Below, in pieces: positions 10,316-15,615 of a stretch of DNA of 15,615 bases. The translations under genes were made by a program, and so were the position numbers. This DNA is from Octopus sinensis. Lineage: Eukaryota. How positions within the stretch are numbered: position 1 is the first letter of the stretch; each line of letters begins with the position of its first letter. The stretch lies in contig NW_021825458.1 in the NCBI RefSeq assembly GCF_006345805.1, forward strand, positions 1 to 15,615. The letters are read 5' to 3'. The notes under the pieces were generated by a model, which was not told the DNA's origin, made no database searches, and was given only the letters and a program-made list of their open reading frames with translations.

Positions 10316-10786
10316 CATCGTCAGTATCATCGTCATCATCACTACCACCACCACCACCACCATTACCATCATCACCATCATCACCACCATCACGACCACC
10401 AACACCACCACCACCACCACCACGACCACCACCAACACCACGACCACCACCAACACCACCACCATCATCATCACCATGATCATCATCGTCATTTGACGTT
10501 TGTTTTCCATGCTGATATGGGTTGGATGGTTTGACAGGGACTGGCAAACTGGAGAGCTACCTAGACTCTAATTTTTGGCTTGGTTTCTACGGCTGGATAT
10601 CCTTCCTAATGTCAACCGCATCACAGAGTGTACCGGGTACTTTGTATGTTGCACCAGCACCTGTGCTTTATAGGTGATACCATCACAAGTGCTTTGTATG
10701 TGAAACCAGCATATGTGCTGTATACATGGCACCAGTACAGGTGCCTTATATGTGGCACCAGCGTGGGTGATTTTTACATGGCACCA
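10316..10786 (-). mobile_element. GAT-tailed RTE-like 3' fragment with expanded (GAT/GGT)n tail and ~45-bp flanking duplication
   Basis: Body 10491-10786 (ttccatgctgatatgggttgga...tttctacggctggatatccttcctaat, tandem tttta.atggcacc motifs). Tail is the CAT/CAC run at 10316-10490. Direct repeats at 10271-10315 and 10790-10832. Confidence 0.8.
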
Positions 10787-11148
10787 AAATAATTTGGTTT
10801 GAAACCATTCAGTAATGTCTGTAAATCTTCGTAAAAATTAAATATTTTCGTTTTTATAGTCATCTGTGTATCATATTCAGCCAGGCAGTTATTTGCAACA
10901 TCAGTGAATATTTTCACATTTTTCTGTATCAGAAACAATGAATTCTCAACCGAGCATGTGGCTGGCTGAAATTACATGCTATTGAAATGACCAAAAATGT
11001 CTGAAATACTCAAATCATTTGGAAGATAGCAACACTGATCACTACAAAGATAGAAGACATTAATTGCTAGTGACAGCAGGATGTTTTGTTTTGCTTGAAA
11101 CTTCAATGCACTACCAAGTATATAAAAAGTTTGTAAGTCAATATTGTG

Positions 11149-11455
11149 TGGAAGCACATGGTATTGTGGTTAGAGCAGCGGACTCGCAGTCGAGGGATCA
11201 TGGGTTCGAATCTCAGACCGGGCGATGTGTGTGTTTATGAGCAAAACATCTAAGCTCCAAGCGGCTCCAGCAGAAAGTAATGGCGAACTTCTGCTGACTC
11301 TTTCGCCACAACTTTCTCTCACTCTTTCCTCCTGCATCTTGCAGCTCACCTGCGACGGACCGGTATCCCGTCCAGGTGGGGAACCTATACGCCAAGGAAA
11401 CTGGGAAACCGGCCCTTATGAGCCAGCCGTGGCTCAAGAAGGAACAAAAAACAAC
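11149..11455 (+). mobile_element. Full-length tRNA-derived SINE with a perfect 14-bp TSD
   Basis: A-box-like tggtattgtggt (11159-11170), B-box ggttcgaatc (11203-11212), CORE-like gtgtttatgagcaaaacatctaa, and an AAC-type tail. TSD aagtcaatattgtg at 11135-11148 and 11456-11469. Confidence 0.93.
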
Positions 11456-11505
11456 AAGTCAATATTGTGCCTTACCTTGTGTTAGAGGTGCAATATTGTC
11501 ACTTA

Positions 11506-11795
11506 CAAGTTTGTTTCTACAGGTTTTCTACAGTTTAGAGCCAGCACTGAAAATTAAAATGTTTCATATAGGAATAAGTCTATGTAAACAATGTGATTGA
11601 AGAGAGAAGAAATAGGTAACAGGTGTATGTGCATATTTCAAAAGCAGTAAACATTGAAATAAGCATATATGTTACACCCGTTGCCTATTTTGCTGACTTT
11701 GGTCACATTGTTCACATAAATGTATTCATATGTGAAGCATTGCAACATTCTGTGCTGGCTCTGAACTCTGTTGAAAATCTGTAGAGATTAACTTG
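11506..11795. repeat. ~290-bp imperfect palindrome (fold-back)
   Basis: Arms 11506-11641 and 11654-11795, 12-nt loop, about 107 matches in ~143 aligned columns (~75%) by manual alignment. Confidence 0.85.
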
Positions 11796-12055
11796 AAAAA
11801 GGAAAATAATAGCAGAAACAACTCCTACTCGTTTCCAAATACTATGATCTGTTTAGATAACAGCTGTGTGAAGAGAAATCTTTCTTGAATACTAAAATGG
11901 ACAGATAGAATTTTGGAACAACACATCACTGTTACCAAGAAAAGAAAAGAAAGAAAAAAAAAGAAAGAAGGATAGTTGAGAGAATTTTGTTAAACTCAAT
12001 GGCATTTCTCTACAATAGAAGATAATCCAGGAGAAGGCAAGCTGATAAATTATAT

Positions 12056-12470
12056 ATCATCATCATTTAACGTCTGTTGTCCATACTGCCATGGGTTGGA
12101 CAGTTTGACCAGGGCTGGTAAGCTGAAAGGCTGCACCAGACTCCAGTCTGATTTGGCATGGTTTTCTATGGCCAGATGCTACTCCGAGAGTGTAATGGAT
12201 GCTTTTACGTGCCATATGTGTGACACTGGTATCTGCCACAACTGCAATTTTGCTCGGTTTGATGGGTCTTCTTGTCAAGCATAGCCAAAGGTCTCAGTCA
12301 TTACCTCCATGAGGCCCAACACTTAAAAGGAACTCAGCCACTTTGCCTCCATGAGGCCCAATGCTCAAAAGGAACTCAGCCACTTTGCCTCTGTGAGGCC
12401 CAGTGCTCAAAAGGAACTCAGCCACTTTGCCTCCATGAGGCCTAACACTCAAAAAGAACTCAAACACTTT
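12056..12470 (-). mobile_element. GAT-tailed RTE-like 3' fragment with a 42-bp tandem array at its 5' side
   Basis: catcatttaacgtctgttgtccatactgccatgggttgga... The minus strand reads ttgggcctcatggaggtaatgact..gagacctttgg (LGLMEVMT..DLW-like ORF end). 42-bp units start at 12304, 12346, 12388 and 12430. Confidence 0.8.
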
Positions 12471-12760
12471 AGATGTAGTAACCCTGCAGAACATATTAGA
12501 AGAAATTATCTTGATTGAAAAGGGCAAAAGCTAAGGAACTGTATTTTGTGCCTTCTAAATTGAAAATGCAGCCAAAATACAGGCTGAAATTGTCAGACAT
12601 ACATCTGACATTTGGGTAAAAAAAAAACCCACAAAAATCACAGTAAGAGACATTGGACATAGCATAGCTCTGTGACTAGTTGTTACTTTTGTACCACAGT
12701 ATGAGAGAGTGGTCAAAGCGGGCTTAACAAAAAATGACTGATGGTATTTGCACTGGACTG

Positions 12761-12975
12761 CATGTTTAGCAGCATTCCTTCCGACTGTGCATGTTCTGAG
12801 TTCAAATCCTGCCAAGATCAACTTTGCTTTTGTTATTTTAGGAGTCAACAAAATAAAATACCGGAGTCAATGTGATTGACTTGCCCCCTCTCCTTGAGAT
12901 TGCTGGCTTTGTGCTAAAATTAGAGATTATTACTTTTGTTGTTGTTGTTGTTGTTGCTATTGTTATTGTTGTTGT
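12761..12975 (+). mobile_element. Old diverged SINE related to 15068-15380, followed by (TTG)n
   Basis: B-box gagttcaaatcc (12798-12809), followed by gatcaactttgcttt...ggagtcaatgtgattgactt. Confidence 0.6.
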
Positions 12976-13231
12976 ATGTCAAGTATAATTTTGTGTGTGA
13001 AGTAAAATATCAAGTCCAACCCAATTTGTTAATTAATTTCTTTGTTTCCAGTTTATTTATTTATCTTATTTTCACATTTATTTTTATGATTCCCCGCCCA
13101 TATTTTGGCCTTGAGTATCATCATCATCAGCATTGCCACATTGTCATCAACATCATCATCATCATTATCACTATCACATAAGAGATTTTTGTCAATTAAT
13201 TTTGATCAATCTACCAACAACTCCAATTAAG

Positions 13232-13400
13232 TATTTCTTTCTAATTTTGATGTAAGGCCAGAGATTTTAGGGTGAAGGGGTTTAGCCAATTACATTGGTC
13301 CCAGTGCTCCCCTTATATTGTATTTTTTATCAATCACAAAAGGATCAAAGCCAGTCTTGGTGGAAATTGAGCTCAGAATGTGAAGAGCTGCAAGAAATAG
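13232..13400 (-). mobile_element. Old diverged SINE fragment of the same broad family
   Basis: The reverse complement cattctgagctcaatttccacc...cactgggaccaatgtaattggctaa... aligns loosely with 15215-15320. Confidence 0.5.
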
Positions 13401-13402
13401 TA

Positions 13403-14059
13403 CAGGGTGTTCAAAAAGTCTCTCCGCAGTAAGTGTTTTATTGCAAAATAAATACTTATAAGACATTATACGACTACAAAAAATATATTAGAGATTACAA
13501 GACTTTAAGAAACTTTATAAGAGGTGTTGAAAGTGTCGTCCTTCATTTTCAATAAATAAGTTGACGCTTCTACACATGCGCAGGAGTGGCTGTGTGGTAA
13601 GTAGCTTGCTTGCCAACCACATGGTTCTGGGTTCAGTCCCACTGTGTGGCACCTTGGGAAAGTGCCTTCTACTATAGCCTTGGGCCGACCAAAGCCTTGT
13701 GAGTGGATTTGGTAGATGGAAACTGAAAGAAGCAAGTTGTATATATGTATATATGTGTGTGGTGTGTGTGTGTGTGTGTCTATATGTTTAAATTTGTCCC
13801 CACCAATATTGCTTGACAACCGATGCTGGTTTACGTCCCCATAACATAGCAGTTCAGCAAAAGAGACCGATAGAATAAGTACTAGGCTTACAAAGAATAA
13901 ATGCTGGGGTTGATTTGCTCGACTAAAGGCGGTGCTCCAGCATGGCTGCAGTCAAATGACTGAAACAAGTAAAAGAGAGTAAGAGAGTAAAAAGTATGTT
14001 TTGAAATACATCTTGGATGAAAAATATTCACCGCAGAGAGAGACTTTTTGAACGCCCTA
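13403..14059 (-). mobile_element. Non-autonomous Tc1/mariner deletion derivative with 22-bp TIRs and TA duplication
   Basis: TA|cagggtgttcaaaaagtctctc (13403-13424) ... gagagactttttgaacgcccta|TA (14038-14059), 20/22 match. Minus-strand residual transposase C-terminus RSVNLFIENEGRHFQHLL* at 13571-13515. Confidence 0.88.
13578..13994 (+). mobile_element. tRNA-derived CORE-type SINE (resembles octopus OR-type) nested in the mariner derivative
   Basis: Head gcgcaggagtggctgtgtggtaag, B-box-like gggttcagtccc (13629-13640), CORE-like ggcaccttgggaaagtgccttct, internal TA/TG microsatellite, and 3' end ggcggtgctccagcatggc...aaacaagtaaaaga. Confidence 0.88.
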
Positions 14060-14329
14060 TACTTGAAAACCCAAACACATCAAGTTGTTAGAGAATCTTC
14101 TTTCTTGTTAGACATAGAGACTCTATAAGACAATGGGTTGGTGAATATAGACATTGAGTGTCAAGTGTTAATAATAGTAGTTTAGCTAGTGATTATGAGT
14201 TCAATCTTTGGGTCAGTCAAGCAATGTATAGCAAATATATATTAAAAATGTATATCTTCTGGTTCAAATGAAAAGAGCAAGTAGCCTTGCAGGTAGGAGA
14301 GTAATTAAAAGGAAACTATCACCTGTATG

Positions 14330-14445
14330 GACATGGTAATGAGAATGATCTGCTCTGTTGGTTTTGGGGTCAGTCCCATTGCATGACACCTTGAGCAAGA
14401 GTTTTCTAATATACTTCTGGGCCAGCAAAACTGTAGCGAGAAGCC
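14330..14445 (+). mobile_element. Degenerate head fragment of the same CORE-type SINE
   Basis: ggggtcagtcccattgcatgacaccttgagcaagagttttctaatatacttctgggcc aligns with 13629-13690. Confidence 0.55.
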
Positions 14446-14463
14446 TTAACAGGTTCAAATGTG

Positions 14464-14805
14464 TCATCATCATCATCATCATCATTTAACGTCCGCTTTC
14501 CATGCTAGCATGGGTTGGACGATTTGACTGAGGTCTGGCGAACCAGACTCCAATCAGATCTAGCAGAGTTTCTACAGCTAGATGCCTTTCCTAACGCCAA
14601 CTACTCCGAGAGTGTAGTGGGTGCTTTTACATGCCACTGGCATGAGGGCCAGTTTGGTGGTACTGGCAACAGCCACACCAAAATGGTGCTTTTTACATAC
14701 CAGTGGCACTGGCAATAGGTCGTTCGAATGTTTCACGTGCCACCAGCACAAGTGCTAGTAAGGTGACGCGGTAACGATCACACTTGAATGGTGTCTCAGA
14801 CATAT
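14464..14805 (-). mobile_element. GAT-tailed RTE-like 3' fragment
   Basis: (CAT)7-ttaacgtccgctttccatgctagcatgggttggacg...tttctacagctagatgcctttcctaacgccaac, the reverse complement of the 1501-1742 family. Confidence 0.85.
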
Positions 14806-14930
14806 TTGAACTGAACTAGATGTAGGAGTGGTATTGAGTTAGAATTTGTTAGATGAGAGGAAGAGACGGAGAAGGAAGTGGAAGATGTTTTTGATCAGAA
14901 ATGGAACATATATAGGTGTATGTGTGTGTG

Positions 14931-15615
14931 TGTTGTTGTTGTTGTTGTTGTTGTTGACAGTGGCAGTGGTGCCTTTATCTCGTATCTGAGAATTTAGTTT
15001 CTTCTTTACTGAACACTTTCTTTATGGTGATAATGTTGATGACTCTGTAGACCCATTGTATAGAAGAGACGATGGCATTGGCAGAATTGTTAGCACGCCG
15101 GGCGAAAGGCGATGAGCTGGCAGAATTGTTAGCACGCCGGGCAAAAGGTGACAGGCTGGCAGAATTGTTAGCACGCAGGGCGAAATGCTTAGCGGTATTT
15201 CGTCTGCTGTTACGTTCTGAGTTCAAATTCTGCTGAGGTCGACTTTGCCTTTCATCTTTTCAGGGTCGATTAAATAAGTACCAGTTACGCACTGGGGTCA
15301 ATATAATCGACTTAATCCGTTTGTCTGTCCTTGTTTGTCCCCTCTGTGTTTAGCCCCTTGTGGGTAGTAAAGAAATAGGTAATGTTGAGGTTGATTTTGT
15401 TGAACCTTTCTCTCCTGTCATTTGATTTCTTCCTTTTCTCTTCTGGTGGCTTCAAAGCTTTTCATTTCGATGGTCATAGAGCACAGCCAGTTTGAATGAT
15501 CTTGGGTGTGTGTTTCAAATATTTTAGATTCAAGTCCAGTGGCTTTCGGTATTGATTGGAGTTGGTCCTTGTATCTTTGAAGAGGGCAACCCCATGATCT
15601 TTTCCCTAAAGTAAT
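14931..15615 (-). mobile_element. RTE/BovB-type LINE 3' end (ORF2 C-terminus, 3' UTR and (CAA)n tail), interrupted by a SINE; continues beyond the window edge
   Basis: The minus frame from 15615 reads ITLGKRSWGCPLQRYKDQLQSIPKATGLESKIFETHTQDHSNW...KSFEATRREKEEIK*QERK (the GKRxxGxxxxRYKDxL...W motif of RTE ORF2 ends; stop at 15420-15418). Beyond the SINE it reads LFYTMGLQSHQHYHH, then the (AAC)n tail at 14956-14931. Not in the ORF track. Confidence 0.8.
15068..15380 (+). mobile_element. tRNA-derived SINE with a triplicated 39-bp head
   Basis: tggcagaattgttagcacgc.gggc.aaa at 15079, 15118 and 15157. B-box-like gagttcaaattc (15219-15230). The 3' part matches 5165-5299 in reverse. Confidence 0.88.

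Noticed and set aside
10233-10547. Poly-His, poly-Pro, poly-Gly and poly-Val ORFs
   Set aside because: Frames of the CAT/CAC microsatellite derived from a retroposon tail.
11149-11225. tRNA-like sequences (also at 13578-13640 and 15157-15235)
   Set aside because: These are SINE heads: the cloverleaf is incomplete and they run into SINE bodies and tails. Not called as tRNA genes.
11476-11546. Minus-strand acceptor (attttaattttcag) with two possible donors
   Set aside because: The 71-nt version has stops in all frames. The 40-nt version is open (LALNCRKPVETN) but lies in the palindrome arm and is phase-incompatible with the 4551-4608 candidate.
12304-12471. CRISPR-like regularly spaced repeats (also at 15079-15185)
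   Set aside because: Contiguous tandem repeats with no unique spacers, in eukaryotic context with no cas genes.
13232-14070. Idea that the mariner derivative split the old SINE at 13232-13400
   Set aside because: The expected SINE head is not recognisable on the far side (after 14061), so only adjacency can be claimed.

Overview
Repeat-dense, AT-rich animal DNA that is intronic or intergenic. The SINE/LINE families and the TA/CA/CAT microsatellite load resemble coleoid cephalopod (Octopus-like) genomes; this rests on my recognition of the repeats and was not checked against a database. There is no intact protein-coding gene, and most long ORFs in the track are microsatellite translations. 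Supported content: a 5'-truncated, frameshifted CR1/L2-group LINE (3121-4088, -); an RTE/BovB-type LINE 3' end split by a SINE (14931-15615, -); six copies of a (GAT)n-tailed RTE-like 3' fragment; several tRNA-derived SINEs, one full-length with a perfect 14-bp TSD; a dead Tc1/mariner maT-like transposase with D-38-D spacing (7911-8833); a TA-flanked mariner deletion derivative carrying a nested SINE (13403-14059); and small MITEs. Structures not explained by these features: a ~300-bp, ~94% identical inverted repeat pair (6002-6301 / 9910-10211) bracketing the transposase; a 73-bp hairpin upstream of it; a ~290-bp degenerate fold-back (11506-11795); and 98-bp direct repeats with a covarying hairpin around a candidate 58-nt exon. 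I see no evidence of a new multi-gene system. The interest lies in transposon architecture and dsRNA-forming potential.
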